This document shows, one piece after another, positions 51,046-61,370 of a stretch of 64,000 nt of DNA (position 1 is the stretch's first letter; each line of letters opens with the position of its first letter). Source of the stretch: an uncultured Acidobacteriota bacterium (GTDB taxonomy: Bacteria; Actinomycetota; Acidimicrobiia; Spongiisociales; ZC4RG35); the NCBI GenBank assembly GCA_963828465.1, contig CAWHEU010000022.1, forward strand, positions 224,001 through 288,000, written 5' to 3'. Below the pieces are notes generated by a model. It was not told the origin of the DNA and did no database searches. It saw nothing but the letters and a program-made list of their open reading frames with translations. A program made the position numbers and the translations under genes.

Positions 51046-52739
51046 CGGCTTCGTGAGGCTAGGCACACGCACCTCCGTGGAGGCGGTAGATGGTCACCTC
51101 GCCGCCCGGCTGTTCGTATTCGAAGGGGTAGAGGTTGGTCGCCCAATCGAAGTTGAACGGGACGGGCTTCGGCCCCAGGACGATACGGCGAGGCCTGGAA
51201 CACGACCTCACCACGTTCCTCCAACTCTCTGTAGTAGGCAGCCGCCGCCGGCATTAGATGCTCGTCGACGAACAGCCGGTCGTAGAACAGACTCGAAGCC
51301 GATACGAAGCACCATCCTTCTTCTTCGTATTGGTCGACCATGCCTGGGCGAGCCGCGACGGTGGACTGGTTGCCGTTCAACGAAGTCACCTGCCATCTGC
51401 TCTCGACCGCACGAGTGCTGGGGTCTTCGTCGATCATGGGCCGCACCAGCACACCCGAGTTGATGAAGCGTGTGCCGATCGGCAGGTTGTCCCGCATCCA
51501 TTGCACCGCCTCTGCCCGGGTGTCTGTGCGACCCAGCAAGTTGTTCATGTGGGCCACGTGAACCACTGATTGGAGACACAAGAGAACCGTGACCGCCACC
51601 AGGATCGGCGTCGGTGACCAGCCACGACGCTCGGCGATCGCGTCGGTCAGGCGAACCGCTCCCAGGGCGGCGAGGAGGAGCACGAAGGGAAACACCGGAA
51701 GCAGCCACCTGCCGAAGAACGCTGATTGCTCGCCCATGAACAAGACATAGACAAAAGGCGCCGGAATCAAGATGGCGGCGGTCTGTCGGTCCCGGAACAC
51801 AGACCAGATAGCGCCTAGGACTGCGAGAGCGCAGGCCAGCCAGCCAAGACCCCAGGTGAGCACCCAGCTGTAGTAGAGATGACCGTTCTCCTGTGCCTGT
51901 CCGATCTTTGGCTCCCCGCCTCCAGAAGGGTCCAATCTGAGCACGTCATCGAGAACACCCTTCGTGTCCGTCAGCAGAGTGGGGACGGTCAGCAGGAAGG
52001 CGGCGATCGAGGATGCTCCGGCAATGAGGAGGCCGATCACCGCACGGCCGTGCTCGGCGCGCCAATGGAAGAAGGTGGCTGCAAGGAGGGGCAGGATCAC
52101 GATGCCTGCGGTGTATTTGGTGCCGCTTGCCAGCCCCAGGCCGACGCCGGCGAGGACGTAGCCACCGAGGTGATGGTTCCTCAGGACGAGCACGGACCCG
52201 AGCAGTGAGACGGTGCCCGCAACCATGGCGGCGACATCGTTGGTGGCGAAGTGTGACCAGTGAACGGGGAGGAACGACACGGCCATCAACGACGCGGCCA
52301 CGAGCCCGGCGCGGCGATCGATGAGCACACGCCCCACCAGGTACACGACGATCGCGCCAACGGCGCCGACAACGGCAACCACGACACGAGCCACCAGATA
52401 AGGCGCGGCTGGATCGGACGCTGCGATGGCTGCCACACCGTCGCCGCCGCCGAACCAAACGGCGAACGCGACGTAGAAAACATAAGTGATCAGAGGCGGG
52501 TTCAAGAAGTAGCCAGGATCGAACCCGCCGGTCTGATGGAATCGAACTGCTCGAGGCACGAAGTGGGACACCTCGTCGGGATTGAAGACCGCCGGGAGGC
52601 CATGGTCGATGCTCCATATGCGTGCCCCGAGAGCGACAGCAAAGATCAGGGCCAGCGCCACCCATTGCCAAACAGCCCCGTTCCCCGATCTCTCGACGGA
52701 GCCCAGCTCACCAGCTTCCGTCGGCGGAGCCACTGCCAT
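51042..52739 (-). CDS. GT-C membrane glycosyltransferase (ArnT/PMT-like)
   Basis: Motifs NPDE, YFLNPPL, SHFATND, GTKY and RWLLP; multi-TM; the extreme C-terminus may be frameshifted. Confidence 0.82.
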   Translation of the reverse strand: MAVAPPTEAGELGSVERSGNGAVWQWVALALIFAVALGARIWSIDHGLPAVFNPDEVSHFVPRAVRFHQTGGFDPGYFLNPPLITYVFYVAFAVWFGGGDGVAAIAASDPAAPYLVARVVVAVVGAVGAIVVYLVGRVLIDRRAGLVAASLMAVSFLPVHWSHFATNDVAAMVAGTVSLLGSVLVLRNHHLGGYVLAGVGLGLASGTKYTAGIVILPLLAATFFHWRAEHGRAVIGLLIAGASSIAAFLLTVPTLLTDTKGVLDDVLRLDPSGGGEPKIGQAQENGHLYYSWVLTWGLGWLACALAVLGAIWSVFRDRQTAAILIPAPFVYVLFMGEQSAFFGRWLLPVFPFVLLLAALGAVRLTDAIAERRGWSPTPILVAVTVLLCLQSVVHVAHMNNLLGRTDTRAEAVQWMRDNLPIGTRFINSGVLVRPMIDEDPSTRAVESRWQVTSLNGNQSTVAARPGMVDQYEEEGWCFVSASSLFYDRLFVDEHLMPAAAAYYRELEERGEVVFQASPYRPGAEARPVQLRLGDQPLPLRIRTAGRRGDHLPPPRRCVCLASRSR

Positions 52740-52807
52740 TGCCTCCGAATGTAACGACGCGCTTCCGCGGTTGTGTCCAACGAGCGCAGTTCTCTTACAG
52801 TCTCTCT

Positions 52808-53542
52808 GTGCCGGCCCCCCATACGACAATCGCGATGCTTCACGTCGGTCGTTGTGGCAGCACGGTCGTGGCAGAGATGCTTGGCCGGCACCCGGCAATC
52901 TCGTGGGATGGTGAGGTGTTCGAGGACAAGGTCCGATCAAAGATCGGGTTCGAGGACGTTCCACCCCGAGAGTTCCTCCTGAACCGGATCGCTGACACTC
53001 CTGAGATGTATGGGTTCGAGATCAAATACCTCCCTTCGCACCACCCGCGCATCCTGGGTCTCGCCTTGGGGGGTCTTCTCGATCTCACCGACTCGGTCGG
53101 CGTCAACCATTACGTGACACTGCACCGGCACAACTACCTGCGTCGCGTCGTGTCGGGGGTGATCGGTCGCGAGAGGCGACGTTGGCACCGGACCTCGGAC
53201 GAGACCATGCCGGACACAAGGGTCCGCGTCGATCTGAATGCAGTGCCGTTTGGCCCTCGCCAGCCGCTGCTCGCGGTGTTCGAGGAAATGAGGCAGGGGG
53301 AGGCGGATCTGAAGTCGGCCCTCTCAGACCGGGAAGCCCTACATCTCACCTATGAGGACGACGTGGCGGTCGATCCAGTCAAGGCGTACGCGTCCGTGTG
53401 TCACTTCATCGGCGTTGCCCCAGAGGAGGTGCGGCCCGGCCTCGACCGCACCGGGACCGACCGACTCGAATCAATGGTGTCGAACTACGACGAAATCGTC
53501 GGCTTGTTGTCTGGCACCGAATATGCGTGGATGCTGGACTAG
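52808..53542 (+). CDS. Sulfotransferase (Stf0-like)
   Basis: Motifs HVGRCGST, LHRHNYLRRVVS, LTYED and VSNYDEI. Confidence 0.78.
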   Translation: MPAPHTTIAMLHVGRCGSTVVAEMLGRHPAISWDGEVFEDKVRSKIGFEDVPPREFLLNRIADTPEMYGFEIKYLPSHHPRILGLALGGLLDLTDSVGVNHYVTLHRHNYLRRVVSGVIGRERRRWHRTSDETMPDTRVRVDLNAVPFGPRQPLLAVFEEMRQGEADLKSALSDREALHLTYEDDVAVDPVKAYASVCHFIGVAPEEVRPGLDRTGTDRLESMVSNYDEIVGLLSGTEYAWMLD

Positions 53543-53553
53543 AGCTCGCCGAC

Positions 53554-54372
53554 ATGTTGCGCCGACGTCCGAAGGAAGAACGAGCATTGGCTGAGGCGCC
53601 AATGGCCCCACCGTTCTGGGTCATCGGCGCCCCTCGGTCGGGAACGACCTTCTTGGCGCGGGTCCTCGACCATCACCCCGACATCTTTCTGACCAATGAG
53701 ACCCGCCTCATGCTCCTGTTCAGCCGGATGCTCAATCGTTGGGTTGGGGCGCGTCGTCTCCTCGCCACTTCGCGTGACGAGGTCATCGAGAGCCTGTGGC
53801 ATCAGGTTCCAGGCATGGTCGAGCAGATATACCGCGATCTTGGGGCTCGACCGGGTCAGCGATGGGGAGACAAGTATCCCCAGTACGCCGACGGCGACCA
53901 GGACTCCGAGGCTCTGGCGACGATCGACCGACTCTTTCCAGAGGGCCAATATGTCCACATCATTCGTGATCCCCGGGCGGTCGTTGCGTCCATCCTGTCG
54001 AAGGGGTGGCTCGGCTTCGATGAGGCGATCGAAGCATGGCGTGTCTTCGTGACACACGCTCACAGCTTCGGAATGACCGTCGGAAAGGATCGTTATCACG
54101 AGATCCACTTCGAGAGCCTGGTCGAGGATGGACACTCGACCATGGAGGGAATCTTCACCTTTCTCGGCTTGGTGAATCATTCAGACGTCGATGCGTTCCT
54201 GAGGGCGGAAGCCGACATTCGGACTCCGGTGAGTGCTCCGATGGGAAGACCGGGAAGCGTCGGTCGTGAGGCGTGGGAGGGTCGACTCGACGACTCACAG
54301 GTCTCGAAAATCGAGGTCGAACTGTCGGGTCTGATGAGCGAGTTCGGCTACGTGGCCCAGTCCAGCATCTAG
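53554..54372 (+). CDS. Sulfotransferase
   Basis: Motifs IGAPRSGTT, WGDKYP, IRDPRAVVAS and FESLV. Confidence 0.9.
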   Translation: MLRRRPKEERALAEAPMAPPFWVIGAPRSGTTFLARVLDHHPDIFLTNETRLMLLFSRMLNRWVGARRLLATSRDEVIESLWHQVPGMVEQIYRDLGARPGQRWGDKYPQYADGDQDSEALATIDRLFPEGQYVHIIRDPRAVVASILSKGWLGFDEAIEAWRVFVTHAHSFGMTVGKDRYHEIHFESLVEDGHSTMEGIFTFLGLVNHSDVDAFLRAEADIRTPVSAPMGRPGSVGREAWEGRLDDSQVSKIEVELSGLMSEFGYVAQSSI

Positions 54373-54950
54373 GACGATCCCGGCAGGGCGATGAAGAACG
54401 TTCGATCCGGCAGATACCAGGGCTCGACGGCGAGGACCAGGTCGTAACCCGCCTTGTCCAGCATTTTGTGAAACGACTCTGGTGTCGGCCAGAAGGATCG
54501 TGGGTTTTGCCAGGACGACAGGAGACCAGTTCCTTCGTGATACCAACGTCCGTTGAATCCGAGCTCCTCCACCTCCTCGCTCAACGGGTGCGTCGAGAGC
54601 CCATTGGCAAGGTGGGTGTCGATGATCAATGGTGCTCCCTTGCACCTGGCCAGGAGATCGATCTGGTCCGGCACGGTCAGGTGGTAGAAGAGACCGAGAC
54701 AGGCCACCATATCGAACCCTGTCACGTCGAACTCCCGAACATCTGACTCGACCCAGGTAACGCCCGCAGCGGGCACATTGCGCTCGGTGCGTGCGTCCAC
54801 GGCGGTGACCTCCCAGCCTGCATCGGCGGCCACCATCGAGAACTTGCCATGACCGGCTCCCAGATCGACAAGACGTCCGGGAGGGAAGAGCTTGAGCAAT
54901 CGGCCGAAGATCTCGACACGGCGACGTCCATCATCTGCCAAGCCGTGCAC
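54369..54950 (-). CDS. Class I SAM-dependent methyltransferase
   Basis: Motifs VDLGAGHG and CLGLFYHL. Confidence 0.85.
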   Translation of the reverse strand: MHGLADDGRRRVEIFGRLLKLFPPGRLVDLGAGHGKFSMVAADAGWEVTAVDARTERNVPAAGVTWVESDVREFDVTGFDMVACLGLFYHLTVPDQIDLLARCKGAPLIIDTHLANGLSTHPLSEEVEELGFNGRWYHEGTGLLSSWQNPRSFWPTPESFHKMLDKAGYDLVLAVEPWYLPDRTFFIALPGSS

Positions 54951-55319
54951 CTCACATATGGATCGACCCGGGGTCGGACGAAAACTTCGACCGTCGTTAG
55001 TTTCTGTTAGCCGCCCTTCGGCGTGTCGCTTAGCTCTGGGGGTTCAATGGCATCATTCGGCTGTGCCTAAGAGGCTAAAACGCGTCGTCGATGGTATAGA
55101 GGACCGCCGAAATGCTTCCTTGAAGCGCATCGGTCGTGCCTAAGCGCCGACAGTGACCAGCCTTACGAGCTGACTCCCCGGGCGCGACCCCGACGGCCGT
55201 CGATGGTGTCGCAGGTGTCGACCAGGTATGCTGACGAAGTCGACAAAGCGCAGCGAATCGGGCTCGACCGTGTTGGTGGGGAGTGCCGAAGTTAATCCCG
55301 CAAGCAAGAGCGTCCTGAG

Positions 55320-55733
55320 TCAGTGAAATTTGCCCATCTGGAGGCTCCCTTGAAAGAACGAGGCGCCGCTCTTGGGGATCTGGAGGTTCATCGCGAGACG
55401 CTCGACGACCCCGCTGCCTCCGTCAGGGGCGTGTCCGGCGTCGCGAAAGCCGAACCCCAATCCGATACCCCCACCAGCGATGAAGGTGTCATGGAACCGC
55501 TTCAGGAAACCGGCCATCTGACCACGAGTGACTGGATCGTCGGGGCAGTAGTTGGTGTTGGCCGGCGGGTTGCACCCCTGGGTGATCCCGTTGGCGGCCA
55601 TGAAGTCGATCGCCGCGTGGAACGTGTGCGAGTTCGGCACGTCCTGAAACTGGTGTGACGCATAGAGCGTGAGTGGCACAGCCATCAGGACGGCGACGAC
55701 CACCGCGAGAATGGTGGACTTTTTCAAGACCAT
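55320..55733 (-). pseudogene. Secreted protein with a single SLH-like repeat, probably truncated
   Basis: Signal peptide, then FQDVP..H.F..AI..GITQGCNPPANTNYCPDDPVTRGQMAGFL. The ORF ends abruptly in atypical sequence. Confidence 0.55.
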
Positions 55734-55799
55734 CTCCCTCTGTCTCGGCCGGGTTGACCGGTCAGGCGAGCCTATCGATCGAGCGACAAGCGTGTCGGC

Positions 55800-56010
55800 G
55801 AATGTCTCGATTGTTTAAGTCCCAGACCGTCCACGCCATTGCACAAAGCGAGGAGATGTCGAGATACCGGATCGGCGGTGCCTACGACCGACCCATTCCC
55901 CGCAGAATCGTGGAGGAGGCAGGAGTACCGAGGGAGATCTTTGGGCAAACCAAGGAACGCGCGAGTGTCCTTTTCGAAATGGAAAGCGAGTCGCTGCAAC
56001 AGAGTGACGT
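55800..56010 (+). pseudogene. Gene remnant resembling the C-terminus of an asparagine-synthetase-like glycan-locus protein
   Basis: SEEMSRYRIGGAYDRPIPRRIVEEAGVPREIFGQTK reads like real protein, but there is no plausible N-terminus. Confidence 0.4.
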
Positions 56011-56351
56011 TCCGGATTTCGGTGGCCCACTGTCTCTTCAGTCATCAGCTCTGGTCACGAGAACGCACTACCTGGACAGTACTCGCGCGCCGCTACCGCG
56101 AGCTCATGCAGAAATGATGTGCCCCACTGCGTCAGTAATTCCCCTTCAGGTTTTGGGTCGTCCCGAAATGTCGGACAGAGCTCGATGTTTCAGTCTCGGT
56201 TACTTCGGGTAAGGTCGCCCGCTGGCTCTACAGAGGAGGAAGACATGGGTCTACCCGTACGCGCCGTTGGCGACATTGGCAAAGCGCGCGATGGGAGGTC
56301 CGTCTTCCGAAGATTCAAGAGTCCGGGGGGGAGCGCCGATACCGGTTCGGC

Positions 56352-57447
56352 GTGAAGTTTTCGACGCGATTGTTAGCGGGGTTCGTGTTGGCCCTCGGGT
56401 CTCTGTTCCTCGCGAGCGCGCCGGCGTTCGCCGCACCTTTCGATCCAAGCGGTATGGCCTTTCCGCTGGACGGGGAATCATCGGCTGACCGACAGCTTCG
56501 GTGACTGCCGGGGATCCGGATGCTCCAGGGCGCACGAGGGCGTGGACATCATGACGGCGAAGGGTGTTCCCGTCCTGGCCGCCGGTGCCGGCGTGGTCAG
56601 CTGGATCAGCTCCGGTCCCAGTGACTGCTGCTACGTGGGCATCGACCATGGTGGGGGATGGGAGACGAGGTACATCCATCTCAACGACGACATTCAGGAC
56701 GCCTCCGGAGCTTACGTCCCCAACACCGACGGCCAGGGATGGGGGATCGCCGAGGGCCTAGCCGAGGGGATTGCTGTCACCCGAGGTCAGGTCATCGGTT
56801 GGGCCGGTGATTCAGGCAACGCGGCGGAGACCGTCTCACACCTGCATTTCGAGCTCCGCAAGAACGGGACACCTATCGACGCGTATCCCTACCTGGTCAA
56901 CGCCCTGGGCGGGTGGGACGGACGCTTCCAAGACGATGACGGCAACGTCCACGAGAAGAACATCGAGATAATCGCCCAACGTGGCATCACGCTCGGGTGC
57001 AACCCGCCGCTCAACAACAGGTTCTGCCCCGAGGATCAAATCACTCGCGGGCAGATGGCAGCGTTCATCGCCCGCGCTCTCGATCTGCCCGAGGGCGGGG
57101 AGATCCCGTACACCGACGTAGTCGGGAACAAGTTCGAGCCGGCGATCCGTGCCATCGAGGCGGCCGGCATCGGGTTTGGTTGTACCAAGACCGAGTTCTG
57201 CCCCGGTGTCCCGCTCCTTCGCCACGAGATGGCGGAGTTATTGGTCCGGGCCTTCAGTTACGACAACCCGACGGGCACCAATTACTTCGTCGACGACGAG
57301 GGCAACCAGTTCGAGGACTCGATCAACGCCCTCGCCGCCCACGGCGTCACCATGGGGTGTAACCCGCCGGCCAACACCAAGTTCTGCCCGGACATGCCGC
57401 TGAAACGCTCGCAGATGGCCACGTTCTTCGTCCGGGCCATGCCCTAG
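56352..57447 (+). CDS. Secreted M23 peptidase with three SLH-like repeats; frameshift in the G-run near 56473
   Basis: Signal peptide from GTG 56352 (VKFSTRLLAGFVLAL...AFA); Zn motifs HEGVDI, YIHL and HLHFE; SLH-like repeats. Confidence 0.85.
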
Positions 57448-57451
57448 CCGA

Positions 57452-58876
57452 CTACTCGACCACCTCGTAGTACTTGTCGACGATCTCCAGCCGCCGTTGC
57501 TGGTAGCCCGAAGAGGACCCGGCCAGCACATGCTCGATTGGGTAGGAGGCGCGGGGGTCGATTCGGGCGCGATCCGATGCGATCACGAGGGTGAGCACGT
57601 CGCCCTCCGGTCCGGTCGGCGGGTCACCGAGGCGGACCTTGCGCCTCTCCGTGGTGTAGTCGGGGACCGTGCGGCCGAGAAGCTTCTTGACCCTGGCCTT
57701 GCCCCTCTCGCCGAGAATGGCGCCGGCGAGACGGCTGGACAGAGGTGCATCCCAATGGGTCTGTGCCCGCTCCCGTCCGGAGGGCTGCGGCGGCTTCAGT
57801 AGCTCGGCGGCAACTGCAGTGGCGCCGCCGACCCGCGTCGCCACCCCGCTCGACTGGTGGCTGGCCACCAAATCGGCGCGTACGGCTGGGTCGAGGAGGC
57901 GTCGGTCTCCCGCGCCACCGCCGCCAGGTCGTCGTCACGCGCCGAGAGGGCGACGCCGAGGTCGGCCAGATACTGCGCGCGTCCCTCTTGGTTGTCGGTC
58001 TTGCTCGAGGTGTTGGGGATCAGCAACGTCGGTACCCCGGCGGGGATCAGTTCATGAACCGAGTTGTACCCGGCGGCACTCACCGTGGCGTCGAACGCGT
58101 TGAAGTAGCGAAGCAACGGGTAGATGCCTTTGATCTCGATCACCCGTGAGTCATCGACCAGTGGGACCAGGTTGACCGCAACAGGGGAGTTGGTCACGGC
58201 CACCTGCCAGTCCGGGTGGGCCAGGACCACGTCGAGAGCCGTCGAGCCGGGGCCGGCCACATCACCGAGCCGGCCCGAGCCCAGTGTCAGAAGGAGCGTC
58301 GGGCGATCCGGGTCGAGGCCGAGATCACGCGCCGCCGTCTCCCGATCGAGTTGGCTCATGACCTCGAGCAGGCTGATCGGAGGAACCCGGAGTGACTCGG
58401 TGCCGGTGGTGGCGCCGCTGTCGATCTCCGATGCGAGATCGGTGGGCTCTATCACGAAGTCGAAGCCGCCTGTCTTCCGAAGCTGATGAACATTCGTGCC
58501 CTCGCGCCACATGCCACGACGCAGCCAGCCCACCACGCAATCGAGTTGAGCGATGGCCCGCATGAATCCGGAGTAGGGCGCCACGCCATCGAAAAGCAGG
58601 ACATCGGGCCGAACCTCATCGGCGAATGCGGTCAGCCGGTCCTGGAGATAGTTGTCCCACTCCTTTCGAACGATGAACTGCGTGGTGAAGCTGGGGCAGT
58701 ACTCGCCTCTGATCCCGAACTCCATGGCAAGGGGAAAGCCGGGGGAGAGGGAGAACATGGTGGTCTCGGCCCGGTCGCCAATGGCCAGGGCGATTGCCAA
58801 GCTGACGGGTCAGATGGCCCAGCCCCCAGCCGTTGCTGGTGACGAGGAGGATCCTGAGCGGAGCCGGCCCGGTCAG
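57452..58876 (-). CDS. GT-B glycosyltransferase, paralogue of 43015..44550; frameshifts near 58801 and 57890
   Basis: Motifs ILLVTSNGWGLGHLTRQ, WLRRGMW, AAGYNSVHE and DNQ..RA. Confidence 0.78.
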
Positions 58877-61370
58877 CTCAGTGCTTTCTGCAAGGAAGCG
58901 GAGGCCTGGCGCAGTCGATCCCGGTATTCGGCGACCCGGGCATCGGCGGCTTCCGTGCCGAGGCTGATGGCCTCTGCCGCGAGGTCGACGATCGAGTCCC
59001 CGGACAGGGTGTCGGTCCGGGCAACGAGATCTCCGCGATCCACGGATTCGGCGAAATCCCTCAGCTTGGGGCGGTACTCGATCCCGATGAACGGAGTCGA
59101 GACCGCTGCAGCCAGGATGCAGGCGTGGAGCCGCTCTCCGACCACCACTTCGGCCGAGGCGATGAGGTCGATGGCTGCCTGATTCTCCACATAACCCGCC
59201 AGATAGGGAAGGACCTCACCCCCGGTCGCCTTGCTCAGCTGAAGGATTTGGCCGTCGTCCTCGGGGCTGGAGGCGAGGCAGACCACCTCTCGACCGTCGC
59301 CGTGCCACTGCGTCACTGCATCAGCGAGAGCAGCCACCACATCCCGGTCGGAGCCACCCCACAGCTCGCCCTTGGTCCAGACCGGGGCGATGACGATCCT
59401 TCCGGCCTGTCGCTTCACCCCTTCGCTCGCCGTGGAGAGCAGCGCCGAGTCCCCACAGATCTCGAGCTCGCCCTTGTAGCCCCAGGACCTCAGGGTCTCT
59501 GCTGATTGCGGCCCTCGCACTCCGACATAGACACAACTGGTAAGCCACCGCACCCAGCGATCCGGATCCTCCGTCAAACCCCAGAACTCGGGGCTGGCCA
59601 CACCGGTGCCCAGGGTTGCCCTCTCGATCCGGGGTGAGTCTCGTTCAGACACCCAGCGGAGATACGTGCGCATGTTGATCAGCGTTCCGCCGCCGAGGAC
59701 GATCAGGTCTTGGGGATCACCCGACTCGGCGATGTCTGCCCAGTCGAGCAGCTCTCGGATCCGATCCACCATCACGTCGTCGCCGAGGTTGAACCGACCC
59801 GTCCATCCGACATAGCGGGCCTGGGGGCGATCAGATGGTGAGCGGGCCGGCTCGGCTGTCTTGGACACCGGTGTGTAGGTGGTCCCGCTTCGTCGGGCTG
59901 TCATGAAACGAGCCATTGTTGACACGCTGCCACGAGGATTCTTGACGATGTCCTTCGCCAGTCGAAGGGGATCGGGTGGGACATTGGTGAAGTCGACCGG
60001 CCGCTCCGCCCTTTCGAGGCCGGGTAGGCGAACCGCTGCCGAGGGCCAATGCCGATTCAAGTTCCACTCCCGGGTGGTTCGCCACACCTCGGCGACTTTG
60101 CTCCCTCGCGCATCAGTTTGGTGGCCTCGCGTTTACGTATGAACCAGCAAAGCGGCATGTCCGATTGCCAGCCCGAGTCGACGGCCGCGGCTCCGTTCTG
60201 GGTCCTCGCCGCCCCTCCCTGATCGGTCGGCAAGGCGTAGCCGGTCGTCGCCGTCACGTACTCCGGTCGCTGATCGAGCCGCTTGATCATCTCCGAGAAC
60301 AGCACATCGGATGGCGCCCCATGGCCGTTCAGGTAGCAGACGTATTCGCTGGTGGCCGAGGAGGTGGCGTCTTCGAGCGAAGGGCTGAACCGGATGCGCC
60401 GGTCGCCGATGGTGGCCCCGGCGAAGGGGTCGTGATCATCCGGATTCGCGACCACGACCAACTCGAAATCAGTCCGGGGCTGGGCGAGCAGCAGCTCCCA
60501 GGTGGCCTCCAATGCGCCGACCGGGACGTCGTAGAGGACGATCGACAGCTTCGGGTTCTCCGGGATCGTGGCCGGGGGCCGCTTCCGATAGAACTGGTGG
60601 GGCACCAGGCTCGCCATCAAGCCGGAATTGAGTCGCCGTGCCTCCTTCCTGCCCTCGACACCGCCGGCGGAGTCGAGGTCCAGTTGGTGGTCGATCTCGA
60701 GCGTCGGGTCGAACACGAAGGTGGCGCCGGCCTGCCAGGCCCGCCATCCCAACTCGCTGTCCTCGCTTCCCCACCAGCGGAATCGCTCGTCGAATCCGCC
60801 CAACTCACGGAAGAAGGCGAGAGGGAGCGATATGTTCGAAGAGACGAACGCACGAAACGCCTCCCCCCCGTGCTGCAGGCCGGCGGACCGGCGCAGCAAT
60901 TGGCTTCGATAGTGCTCGGCCTCCCCGGGTGTCTCGTCCGGAGGATTGGAACGACTGCCGATGACCACCGATGTCGCCGACGAACCATGCCAGGCGCGAT
61001 GGCGCTCGACGAAGTCCGGCGGAACCGTGCAGTCCGAGTCGAGCAAGAGGAGGATGTCGGCGTTGGCGTGAGCTGCGCCCAGATTCCGGGCCCGGCCGGC
61101 GCCGAATCCGTCGTGAGGTTGAAAGTGGTAGCTGATATCGAGGCCATCGACCGACTCGACCACACCGCGAATGTCCTCATCGGACCCGTCATCACATACG
61201 TGGACCTCGAAGGTCGACGTGTCCGATTGTTGCGCCAGTGATGCCAGCGTCCGGGCGAGGAGCGCCGACCGGTTGTAGGCGGGGATGACGACCGCCACCC
61301 GAAGCCCGGACGCCCCGACCGGATCAGGGGCAACCTGGTTCACGTTGTGTGGTTGGACTCCCTCGTTCAC
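58873..61370 (-). CDS. GT2 glycosyltransferase, probably fused to a C-terminal polysaccharide pyruvyltransferase; frameshift near 60095
   Basis: GT2 motifs VIPAYN, CDDGS, LDSD and WGSED; pyruvyltransferase motifs FNLGDD, LGGGT, VGVRG..S, GDSAL, RLHA and YRPK. The two ORFs overlap and the second has no good start. Confidence 0.72.
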
